Shown here: piece by piece, positions 34,497 to 42,535 of the stretch
Position numbering within the stretch: position 1 is the stretch's first letter
Layout: each line of letters begins with the position of its first letter
DNA from: a virus
Taxonomy: Duplodnaviria; Caudoviricetes
Reading direction: 5' to 3' (one strand)
Length of the DNA stretch: 42,535 nt
Virus record (IMG/VR): IMGVR_UViG_3300043409_001137
Location: 1-42,535 of that record
Notes under the pieces: model-generated
What the model saw: only the letters and a program-made list of their open reading frames with translations
The model's database searches: none
Told to the model about the DNA's origin: nothing
Made by a program: the position numbers and the translations under genes

Positions 34497-35411
34497 ATGG
34501 CCGCACCAATGCGCAGTACGGACTTCCGGAGCATCGTTGAGCCTATCCTCAACGAGTGCTTCGATGGGGTCTATGACCAACGAGCCGACGAGTGGAGCCG
34601 AGTGTTCCGCGAGGAAGACGGCATCCCCCGCAACTACCACGAAGAGCCGGTTCTGTACGGTTTCGGAGCGGCACCGCAACTGCCTGACGGCACACCGGTG
34701 ACCTACCAGCAGGGCGGCGTGCTGTTCCTGCAACGCTACCTGTACAAGGTCTACGGTCTGGCGTTCGCGCTGACCAAGGTCCTGGTAGAGGATGGTGACC
34801 ACATCCGTCTGGGTCAGGTGTACGCACGTCACCTTGCGCAGTCGCTCGTGGAGACCAAGGAGCTGCTGTCCGCCAACGTCTTGAACTACGCTTTCAACAG
34901 CTCGTTCCCAGGCGGCGACGGCGTTTCCCTGATCAGCGCCTCGCACCCGATCGTCAATGGTGTCTTCAGCAACCAGCTTGCCACCGCCGCCGTGCTGTCG
35001 CAGACCTCGCTTGAGCAGATGCTCATTCAGGTCCGCTCTGCCGTCGACAACAACGGCAAGAAGATCCGTCTGGTCCCGCGCCAGCTCATCGTTGCCCCGG
35101 GCAACATCTTCCAGGCAGAGGTTCTGCTCAAGTCGGTTCTGCGTACCGGCAACGCCAACAACGACATCAACCCGGTCAAGTCGATCGGGCTGCTGGACGA
35201 AGGCGCCGCCGTTATCAGCCGCTTGACCAGTGCCACCGCTTGGTGGGTGCAGACCGACGCGCCTGAAGGGTTCAAGATCCTGATGCGCCGTCGCCTGGAG
35301 AAGACGATGGAAGGCGACTTCGAGACTGACTCGATGCGCTACAAGGCAACCGAGCGGTACGCTGTCGGCTTCACCGACCCGCGCGCCGCCTACGGCACGC
35401 CCGGCATCTAA
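34497..35411 (+). CDS. Major capsid protein (304 aa)
   Basis: AAGGAG RBS; GFGAAP...YGLAFALT...DGVSL...LIVAP...AWWVQTD...RYKATERY..GFTDPR; followed by a strong hairpin. Confidence 0.88.
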   Translation: MAAPMRSTDFRSIVEPILNECFDGVYDQRADEWSRVFREEDGIPRNYHEEPVLYGFGAAPQLPDGTPVTYQQGGVLFLQRYLYKVYGLAFALTKVLVEDGDHIRLGQVYARHLAQSLVETKELLSANVLNYAFNSSFPGGDGVSLISASHPIVNGVFSNQLATAAVLSQTSLEQMLIQVRSAVDNNGKKIRLVPRQLIVAPGNIFQAEVLLKSVLRTGNANNDINPVKSIGLLDEGAAVISRLTSATAWWVQTDAPEGFKILMRRRLEKTMEGDFETDSMRYKATERYAVGFTDPRAAYGTPGI

Positions 35412-35422
35412 GATGCCACCAG

Positions 35423-35445
35423 GGGCGGGGATCTGATCCCCGCCC
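35423..35445 (+). terminator. Strong hairpin after the capsid gene (terminator/mRNA stabiliser)
   Basis: GGGCGGGGAT-CTG-ATCCCCGCCC; no U-tract. Confidence 0.55.
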
Positions 35446-35490
35446 TACCCAATTCAACAGTGTTTGGTCAAACTTTTCAAGGAGCAGACC

Positions 35491-36459
35491 ATGCCCCAGT
35501 TTTCAGATGACCTTTTCCTGGGTCCCGCACAGGGCTACCAGGGAACCGGTTCGTACGCCAACACGGCGACCTTTACGGGTTCAGTTGCCACCACCGTTCT
35601 GACGGTCACCGAGATGCTCTCGGGCGACCCGATCACCGTGGGCATGTACGTCGACAGCGCCAACATCTCTGTGGGCACGTACATCACGGCCTTTGGTGGT
35701 ACCGGCGCTGGTGGCGTGGGCACCTACACGGTGAACACCTCGCAGACCGCAGCCAGTGCCACGGTGACTGGTGCAGGCAACGCCCTGGCGGGTAACCCCG
35801 CGCCGATGTCGCTTGGTGTTGGCCCCCTGGGCCGGATCTACGTCTTTGACGTGGTGCCGCAGACCCTCAACGCGGCGAACATTGCTGCCTCGCAGACGCC
35901 TACCGGTACGAGCGTCACCCTGACTGCTGGCACCACCGTCAAGTCGGTTGTCCGCTCAAACGGTGCCACCGTCCTGCAGTTGGACTGCCCGCGTGCGTTG
36001 TCGGTGTCCCTGTTGGTGGGCGGCACTGCCCGCGCCTACACCATCTCCGGGTTTGACTACTACGGGCAAGCGATGTCCGAGGTGATCACCAGCGTTGCTG
36101 CTGCGACCACCAACGGCAAGAAAGCCTTCTACCAGATCTCCGGGGTTACCGGCGCTGGCGGTTCGGTTACCGCGATCACGATCGGAACCACCCAATTGAT
36201 CGGGCTGCCGGTTCGTGTCACCGATGCCGGGTACATTGGCACCGCTGGCTGGGGCAACACCCTGGCCCGCAACGCTGGCACGCTTGCGGTTGCGGCGACT
36301 GCTGCGGCCACTACCGCCACGGGCGACGTCCGAGGCACCTACAGCCCGTCGTCGGCGCCGGATGGCATCAAGCGGCTGGTCCTGGGCATCCTGTTGCCGG
36401 GTATCGCTGTTGGTCCGAATGCCACCCGCGTCGGCGCGTTCGGCGTCACGCAAGCCTAA
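35491..36459 (+). CDS. Virion structural protein (Thr/Gly/Ala-rich, 322 aa)
   Basis: AAGGAG RBS before ATG 35491 (MPQFSDDL); beta-rich; follows the capsid gene. Confidence 0.7.
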   Translation: MPQFSDDLFLGPAQGYQGTGSYANTATFTGSVATTVLTVTEMLSGDPITVGMYVDSANISVGTYITAFGGTGAGGVGTYTVNTSQTAASATVTGAGNALAGNPAPMSLGVGPLGRIYVFDVVPQTLNAANIAASQTPTGTSVTLTAGTTVKSVVRSNGATVLQLDCPRALSVSLLVGGTARAYTISGFDYYGQAMSEVITSVAAATTNGKKAFYQISGVTGAGGSVTAITIGTTQLIGLPVRVTDAGYIGTAGWGNTLARNAGTLAVAATAAATTATGDVRGTYSPSSAPDGIKRLVLGILLPGIAVGPNATRVGAFGVTQA

Positions 36460-36471
36460 AGGGAGAGCGAC

Positions 36472-38058
36472 ATGGGTCAATTCAAACCAATGGTCAAGAT
36501 GATGACCACCGAGCCATCGGTGATCCTCAAGCTCAAGAAGGGCGGCCACGTCAACATGAAGGACGACGCTTGCGAGCAGGACGGTCACTCGCCCATGCGC
36601 AAGGGCCTGACGGTCGCGATCGCCGTGGGCAAGCCACGCGGCGGGGATGCCGAGGGCGCGAGCCCCGGCAAGCCGTCAATGTCCGAGCGTCGCAAGGCCA
36701 TGGCCGCGCCCTTCATGTCCAAGAAGGGCGGCAAGGTCATGAAGAAGGCCGACGGCGGCATGGTCGATCCGAACAACTTTGCCAATATGCCTGCGGGTCC
36801 TGCGCAGACCGCAGCGATGCGCAGTGCGGTTGGCTTGCCTGACACCACCGACAACTTTGCCAACATGCCTGCGGGTCCTGCGCAGACCGCAGCGATGCGC
36901 AAGGCCGTTGGCTTGTCTGATGCGCCTACTGTCCCCACTCCCAGGGTCCGACCACCGATGCGTGGTGGCCGGGGCATGATGGGCATGGCAGAGATGAAGA
37001 AGGGCGGCAGCACCGACATGGCGCAAGACAAGGCCATGATCAAGAAGGCCATGCGCCAGCACGACGCCCAGGAGCACAAGGGCGGCAAAGGCACCAAGCT
37101 GGCGCTCAAGGGCGGCGGCGCCAGCTCTTTTGCCAACACCAAGATGCACGACGGCGACAAGACTGACCGCGCCAAGGGCACTGGTGGCGTCCGCACGGGC
37201 ACCGCGGGGTACAAGAACGGCGGCTCAATTGCGCCGTTCGTGAACACCAAGATGCACGACGGCGATCGCTACGACTCGGCCAAGGGCACTGGGGGCGTCA
37301 AGATGGCGAACTCCGGCGGCTACAAGTCGGGCGGATCCATCGACTGGGCCAACCGGCCTGCCAACACCTCGAAGCCCGGCATGACGGGCACCAGCACCGC
37401 TGGTGTGCGCAATGGCAACGCAGGCGGCTACAAGATGGGTGGTGCCGCAAAAAAAGCCTACGCCACGGGGGGCAGTGTTGACACTGGTCGTCCCGTGGCG
37501 TACGCCAGCAAGCCGGCTTCCAAGCCGGTGAGCAACACGGCGCAGTCAGGCACCTTCAAGAAGGGCGGCAAGGTCACCATGAAGGCCGATGGTGGCCCCA
37601 TGGTTGACCGCAGTCGCGGCGCTTACGCCAAGGCCATTGGCCCTGACGAGAGCGACATGGACATGGCCCGCTCGATCCGCAGCGCCCCAGGCAAAGCCTA
37701 CGACGCGGTCAAGCGGTTCGTGACCCGGGACCCGGGTGCCGGCGCTGGACGGGGGTTCGTGAACCCCCCGATGGCCCGCAAGAAGGGCGGCGTGATGTGC
37801 AAGGCTGACGGCGGCATGGTTGGCCCGGACGCTTTGCCGCAAGGCATGCCGGGGGCTGGTGTACCGGCGGGCATGCCCACCGGGATGCCGCCCATGGGCA
37901 TGCCCACGATGGCGAATCAGCCTTCCCTGGAGGCGCAGCAGGCCATGCAGAAGGTGCTTGGGGCCCCCGATACGGGTGGCCTGTCGGGGTACAAGCGTGG
38001 CGGGTCCGCCAAGCGGGTACACCGGCATACTTCCGCAGCCCTACGGGCCATGCAGTAA
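36472..38058 (+). CDS. Lys/Gly/Met-rich low-complexity protein with 14 xxxGG motifs (528 aa); possible -1 frameshift short form
   Basis: GGGAG RBS; repeated KKGG/ADGG/YKxGG units; internal duplications. Confidence 0.8.
   Translation: MGQFKPMVKMMTTEPSVILKLKKGGHVNMKDDACEQDGHSPMRKGLTVAIAVGKPRGGDAEGASPGKPSMSERRKAMAAPFMSKKGGKVMKKADGGMVDPNNFANMPAGPAQTAAMRSAVGLPDTTDNFANMPAGPAQTAAMRKAVGLSDAPTVPTPRVRPPMRGGRGMMGMAEMKKGGSTDMAQDKAMIKKAMRQHDAQEHKGGKGTKLALKGGGASSFANTKMHDGDKTDRAKGTGGVRTGTAGYKNGGSIAPFVNTKMHDGDRYDSAKGTGGVKMANSGGYKSGGSIDWANRPANTSKPGMTGTSTAGVRNGNAGGYKMGGAAKKAYATGGSVDTGRPVAYASKPASKPVSNTAQSGTFKKGGKVTMKADGGPMVDRSRGAYAKAIGPDESDMDMARSIRSAPGKAYDAVKRFVTRDPGAGAGRGFVNPPMARKKGGVMCKADGGMVGPDALPQGMPGAGVPAGMPTGMPPMGMPTMANQPSLEAQQAMQKVLGAPDTGGLSGYKRGGSAKRVHRHTSAALRAMQ
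36775..36921 (+). repeat. 78-bp tandem duplication (NFANMPAGPAQTAAMRxAVGLxD x2)
   Basis: Near-identical copies start at 36775 and 36853. Confidence 0.9.
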
Positions 38059-38083
38059 AAATGGGGGCTCCGGCTCCCATTTT
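38058..38083 (+). terminator. Hairpin/terminator
   Basis: AAAATGGGGGC-TCCG-GCTCCCATTTT. Confidence 0.7.
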
Positions 38084-38103
38084 CCCAATACCAGGAGAAG
38101 TAC

Positions 38104-38835
38104 ATGGGCACTTATTCTTCCGTAACGCGCCAAGGCACGTATGAGCCATTTGAACTGCAAGTTGCCCGTGGACAAATCCAAGGGCATGAAGTTCTCAACA
38201 TCTTTGGCTTTGCTTCTGCTGTTAGCACCAGCTTCGTAGCTGTGTGGGAAAACAACGCTGCGTATGTGTTTCCTACTGTTGCATCAACTATGGTTGTGTC
38301 TAGTAGCTCCGCTTCTGACACGGCGGTCAGCGTTCAAATTTTTGGATTAGATGCAAGCTATAACCGTATTACGGAAGTAGTTGCTTTGAACGGCACAAGC
38401 AATGTAGCGACAACAAACGTATATTGGCGCATTAACAATGTGATAACTACCGCTGGAACCGCCGCTGGAACCGTGTATGTTAAGAATGCTGGCGGTACGA
38501 CCTATGCCCAAATTGCTATTGGCAACGGTAAAACAAATATGTCTGTTTTTACTGTCCCCGCAGGCTACACGGCATACATGACTCAGTTTGATGGGTTCTC
38601 ATCTACCTCGGTAACTTCTGGCGTATTTGCAACCATCAGAGCACTTATTACAAGCTCCACAGGCATCAGTAACGTGGTGATCGCTGCTCCGTTTCTAAAT
38701 ACTTTTGCTGTTACACGGCCATATCCAAATGTGCTTGTTGAAAAGGTAGACTTTCAATTGCAGTGTAAGTCTAGTGGCGCAGGCTTAGGCATCGGCGTTT
38801 TGGGGATTGGCGCGTTGATCAAAAACGCGGACTGA
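38104..38835 (+). CDS. Putative virion structural protein (243 aa, lower GC)
   Basis: AGGAG RBS; FELQVARGQI.GH...FG; beta-rich; many A/T-ending codons. Confidence 0.7.
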   Translation: MGTYSSVTRQGTYEPFELQVARGQIQGHEVLNIFGFASAVSTSFVAVWENNAAYVFPTVASTMVVSSSSASDTAVSVQIFGLDASYNRITEVVALNGTSNVATTNVYWRINNVITTAGTAAGTVYVKNAGGTTYAQIAIGNGKTNMSVFTVPAGYTAYMTQFDGFSSTSVTSGVFATIRALITSSTGISNVVIAAPFLNTFAVTRPYPNVLVEKVDFQLQCKSSGAGLGIGVLGIGALIKNAD

Positions 38836-38837
38836 TC

Positions 38838-39212
38838 ATGCCGAGCAAGTCACTTGCCCAGCATCGTCTCATGGAGGCCGCCGCCCATACCAAGGGCGGG
38901 TTCGGTGGCGTCCCGCAGAAGGTCGGCAAGGAGTTTGCCAAGGCCGACAAGGGCAAGTACGCCGGCGGTGGCGTGTCTCTCGCCGTGGGCCGCAAGGAGA
39001 AGCTGCCCGTTGAGCGCGGCGCTGGGCTCACCCAGAAAGGCCGCGAGAAGTACAATCGGGAGACCGGATCGCACCTCAAGGCGCCGCAGCCCGGCGGGGG
39101 TGGCCGCAAGGACTCGTTCTGCGCCAGGATGTCCGGCGTGGTGGAGCACTCGAAGGGTGACGCACCCCGCGCCAAGGCGTCGCTGAAGCGTTGGAAATGC
39201 CCCGGCTGGTAA
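38838..39212 (+). CDS. Small basic two-module protein (124 aa)
   Basis: MPSKS.AQH.LM module, YAGGGV linker, then GLT.KGR..YN..TG..LKAP...SFCARM...W.C module. Confidence 0.75.
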   Translation: MPSKSLAQHRLMEAAAHTKGGFGGVPQKVGKEFAKADKGKYAGGGVSLAVGRKEKLPVERGAGLTQKGREKYNRETGSHLKAPQPGGGGRKDSFCARMSGVVEHSKGDAPRAKASLKRWKCPGW

Positions 39213-39221
39213 AGGACTGAC

Positions 39222-40292
39222 ATGGCGTACTCAGGCACCGTTGGACAGACGACCATCAGCGTCCAGAAACTGATCGACCACGGTGCTCGTCGTGCGGGTA
39301 AGCTCGCCGAGGAACTGACGGTCGAGCAGGTCCAGGCCGCCAAGGAGTCGCTCTTCTACGTCCTGAGCAACCTGATCAACCAGGGCATCCAGTACTTCGC
39401 CATCAAGAAGCAGGTCATCGGCCTGATCGCCAACCAGTACGAGTACTCGCTCGCGGTTGGTGGCAATGACGTCCTGAACGCGCTGTACAGGACCATGACG
39501 CAGCCCTCTGGCGGGTACACCAGCTCTGCCGGCGGCACGGTCGCCAACGTCTACGACCAGAACACCACGACGTTCTGCGCGCAGACGTCCGCCAACGGCA
39601 ACATCTCGGTCGACTACGGCGCCAGCAACTCGCAGTACTTGGGCTCAATCGGGTTCATGCCGTACGTCTCTGGTGGCGGCGCGACCTGGAGCTACGTGCT
39701 TGAGGCGTCCGCCGACAATGCCACCTGGACGGCCCTGTACACCGCCACGAGCGAAGCGGTGACGGATGGGCAGTGGGTCTGGCAGGACATCGACCCGGGC
39801 GCCAACGTGTCGTACTACCGGATGCGCGCCACCGGCGGCACCACCCTGGCGCTGCGTGAGCTGTACTTCGGGAACAACTCGACCGAGATCACCATGTCGC
39901 GGCTCAACCGTGACGACTACACCAACCTGCCCAACAAGAACTTCACGGCCAACCAGCCGTTCCAGTTCTGGCTGAACCGCACGATCCCCCAGGCCACCAT
40001 CACGGTCTGGCCGACACCGTCAAGCTCGTTCGTGCAGATGACGGTCTGGTACTCGGCTTACATTGAGGACGTCGGCGCCCTGAGCGGACAGCTCGCGATC
40101 CCCGACCGGTGGCTGATGGCGATCCAGAACATGCTGGCGCACCAGATGGCCCAGGAGCTCCCCGGTGTTGACGTCGGGCGGATCCAGTACCTTGAGGTCC
40201 AGGCCGAGAAGTACTTCAACATGGCGGAGCAAGAAGAGCGCGACAAGTCGCCGATCTACTTCGCCCCGAACGTGTCGGTGTACACAAGATGA
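39222..40292 (+). CDS. Putative head-tail adaptor/tail tubular protein with inserted beta-sandwich (discoidin-like) domain
   Basis: Helical N- and C-termini; ITVWPTP; central YVLEASADNATWT...W.WQD...YYRMR. Confidence 0.6.
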   Translation: MAYSGTVGQTTISVQKLIDHGARRAGKLAEELTVEQVQAAKESLFYVLSNLINQGIQYFAIKKQVIGLIANQYEYSLAVGGNDVLNALYRTMTQPSGGYTSSAGGTVANVYDQNTTTFCAQTSANGNISVDYGASNSQYLGSIGFMPYVSGGGATWSYVLEASADNATWTALYTATSEAVTDGQWVWQDIDPGANVSYYRMRATGGTTLALRELYFGNNSTEITMSRLNRDDYTNLPNKNFTANQPFQFWLNRTIPQATITVWPTPSSSFVQMTVWYSAYIEDVGALSGQLAIPDRWLMAIQNMLAHQMAQELPGVDVGRIQYLEVQAEKYFNMAEQEERDKSPIYFAPNVSVYTR

Positions 40293-40942
40293 ACTACGCG
40301 GTTATTTACGCTAGTTTAATTGCAAAAGCGGGCAACCGTGTTCAACCGGGCGGTTACGTAGAGCGCCACCATGTGGTGCCCAAGGCGTTGGGTGGAAGTG
40401 ACGATAAATTGAATATAGTATGTTTAACGGCTAAAGAACATTTTGTAGCCCACATGCTGCTTGCTAAGATACATGGCGGCCTTATGTGGCAGGCTATTAT
40501 GGTTATGAAAGGTGGTAAAAACCGTTATATTAACGGGAGGCTTTTTGAAATAGCCCGTAAAAAAGCACCTTTTGAAAGAGAAAAAGCTATTTGCCAAAAA
40601 AGGTTGTCCGACCCTCTTTTTGATGCGCGCATGCACGCAGTGCGGTCTAGGGCTACTGAAAACAGGCAAGAAGGCTATCAGAAAGAAGCGGGTAAACTTT
40701 TCACTGTTCGTTTTAATGCCGAGCCTGTTTACGCTAAAACTATCTCTGATAACAGAAAAAAAGCAAAAGCGGCAAGCATGGCAGTGGTATATTCCCGCGA
40801 CGCAAATCGAGTACGTTTAGTTCGTACTTTGCGTTTAGGTGGGGCAGATTACCAAACAATCCGTGAAAAAACTGGATTCTTTCCGTCCGTGATTTCTGGA
40901 ATCCTAAACAATAAAAAGTACATTGGCGTGGGGGCTATCTAA
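40289..40942 (+). mobile_element. Free-standing HNH homing endonuclease
   Basis: YVERHHVVPKALGGSDDKLNIVCLTAKEHFVAHMLL; visibly AT-richer than the flanks; ATGA-coupled into the late operon. Confidence 0.88.
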
Positions 40943-40943
40943 T

Positions 40944-41291
40944 ATGCCACGCTTCCTTGATACTCGCGGCAATTCAGATATAGCAATATTCATTTGTGAC
41001 AGGTGTAAGTTCAAAAGGCCGCACTCGGTGGCCCGGTCAGACCCAAACTTTCCCGGTTTGCTAGTATGCGACCAGGGATGCGCGGACGAGAAGGACCCGT
41101 ACCGGCTGGCGCCGCGTCCGACGGAGAAGATCACGATCAGGTTCCCCAGGCCCGATGTCAGCATCGCCACGGACCCGAACGCGATCGAGACCACCGGCAA
41201 CAACCAGTTTGACCTGTCACCAGAACAGAACACGCAGACCCCATCGAACAACGGGAACCTCGACACCTTGACCACCTCCCCGGGGCAGTAA
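40944..41291 (+). CDS. Cys-motif (Zn-binding) tail-region protein (115 aa)
   Basis: ATG 40944; ICDRC...VCDQGC.DEKDP...RPD. Confidence 0.75.
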   Translation: MPRFLDTRGNSDIAIFICDRCKFKRPHSVARSDPNFPGLLVCDQGCADEKDPYRLAPRPTEKITIRFPRPDVSIATDPNAIETTGNNQFDLSPEQNTQTPSNNGNLDTLTTSPGQ

Positions 41292-42535
41292 TGGCAAACG
41301 TAACAATCACCGAACTACCTGCCGCTGGTGCGATCACGGGGACGGAATCGGTCCCGATCGTCCAAAACGGGGTGACGGTACAGACGACAACTGCGGCGCT
41401 GGCCGGGTCGCCCGTGCAGACCCAGACCTTCCTGACCAAGAACCAGGAGCCCACGCTCAACAACAGCCGCGCGCTGTCCAACGGGACCGGTGTGGGGCTC
41501 GTGGATGCGGGGGCGCAGTCTACCCTCACCATCACCCTGAACGCGGCCTCTGGGAGCCTTGAGGCGGCCTCCAACGGCATGATCGCCAAGACCGCCAGCA
41601 ACGCGGTGGCCGCCAGGACGATGTCCTCGACCACCACCGGCCTGTCGGTCACGGATGGTGACGGCGTCGCGGGCAACCCGACGTTCGCACTGACCGGGGT
41701 TGCCCTGGCGGTGGCCGGCGCAACGGGCACCGGCGCCCTGGCGTTGACGAGCTCGACGACGGTGTCGACCCGGACGATCCTGGGCACGTCCAGCCAGATC
41801 GACGTCACCGACGGCAACTTCGCCAACTCGCCGGTCATCGCGATCTCGGCGGACCCGGTGCTGTCGGGCAACGGTGGCCTAGTTGTCCCGGTGGGCACTA
41901 CCGGGCAGCGCGGGTCGTCCACCAACGGGAACTTCCGGTACAACTCGACCACGGCCACCTTCGAGGGCTACGCGAACAATGCCTGGGGCGCGGTCACTAC
42001 CGGCACCGGTGTGGCATCAGTCGCGCAGTCGTTCACGGGCGGGCTGATCTCTGTCGCGGGGTCTCCGATCACCAGTGCGGGCACCCTGGCCCTGACGGTC
42101 GCCGGCACGTCCGGCGGCGTCCCGTACTTCTCCAGCGGCACGACCTGGGCGTCGTCTGGCGCGCTGACGGCCAACGCGATCGTCCTGGGCGGCGGCGCTG
42201 GCGCTGCTCCCGCGCCGCTGGCGAGCCTGGGCACCACCACCACGGTCCTACACGGCAACGCCGCCGGTGCGCCTACCTTCGGGGCGGTGAGCCTGACGGC
42301 GGACGTCTCGGGCACGCTCCCGATCGCCAACGGCGGTACCGGGGCCACGACCAGCGCCGGTGCGGCTTTTGCTCTAAAGGGCGCTAACACTGACCTGACC
42401 TCGGTTGCGTTGACCAGCGGCACGGTATCAACGGTGCCTTCTGCCGCCTTTGACCTAGCCAACAAGGCTTACGTCGACACGCTTGTTGCTGGGCTGAACT
42501 TCCACGTTGCGGCTCAATACGCAACGGCAGCAGCA
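41291..42535 (+). CDS. Tail fibre protein, 3'-truncated (not in ORF track because there is no stop codon)
   Basis: TAATG-coupled ATG 41291; MANVTITELPAA...; tail-fibre motifs VPVGTTGQR...FRYNSTTATFEGY...W, GTLPIANGGTGAT, ANKAYVD. Confidence 0.85.
   Translation, partial: MANVTITELPAAGAITGTESVPIVQNGVTVQTTTAALAGSPVQTQTFLTKNQEPTLNNSRALSNGTGVGLVDAGAQSTLTITLNAASGSLEAASNGMIAKTASNAVAARTMSSTTTGLSVTDGDGVAGNPTFALTGVALAVAGATGTGALALTSSTTVSTRTILGTSSQIDVTDGNFANSPVIAISADPVLSGNGGLVVPVGTTGQRGSSTNGNFRYNSTTATFEGYANNAWGAVTTGTGVASVAQSFTGGLISVAGSPITSAGTLALTVAGTSGGVPYFSSGTTWASSGALTANAIVLGGGAGAAPAPLASLGTTTTVLHGNAAGAPTFGAVSLTADVSGTLPIANGGTGATTSAGAAFALKGANTDLTSVALTSGTVSTVPSAAFDLANKAYVDTLVAGLNFHVAAQYATAAA

Noticed and set aside
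40289-40942. HNH gene as part of a group I intron
   Set aside because: It overlaps the upstream stop and ends 1 nt before the next ATG, leaving no room for intron core sequence; both flanking genes look intact.
41158-42465. - strand ORFs 41158..41958 and 41968..42465
   Set aside because: They are shadows of the unterminated + strand tail-fibre frame starting at 41291.
1-42535. tRNA, rRNA, integrase, reverse transcriptase/DGR or RNA polymerase genes
   Set aside because: None recognised by eye; intergenic gaps are short and no diagnostic motifs were seen.

Overview
The window is most of the genome of a GC-rich tailed dsDNA phage, probably podovirus-like: it has a P22-type long portal, putative ejection proteins with a lytic transglycosylase, and no tape-measure or tail-tube genes in view. 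It starts and ends inside virion genes. Layout: (1) 1-5328 (+), end of the late operon, closed by a terminator. (2) 5417-6956 (-), small accessory genes. (3) 7031-7231 (+), Cro-like gene. (4) 7201-14272 (-), replication operon: SNF2 helicase, NrdR-like Zn ribbon, VRR-NUC, family A polymerase, Gp49-family protein, DUF2815 SSB, DUF2800 nuclease. (5) 14402-16792 (+), second Cro-like gene and primase-polymerase/RepA helicase, then an iteron/hairpin origin candidate. (6) 17052-22296 (+), early genes behind four copies of one promoter/leader unit. (7) 22307-42535 (+), terS, lysis genes, terL, a 1228-aa multidomain protein, portal, GroES, scaffold, capsid genes, adaptor, HNH endonuclease and tail fibre. 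Best candidate for an undescribed system: an [FYMLK]-[AK]-x-G-G-x-[VI]-type motif recurs about 24 times in four late proteins and sits at apparent domain boundaries, suggesting polyprotein processing or capsid-loading signals. The gene richest in the motif also carries a slippery site plus hairpin whose -1 product ends in the same motif. All product calls come from motif recognition by eye; no searches were run.
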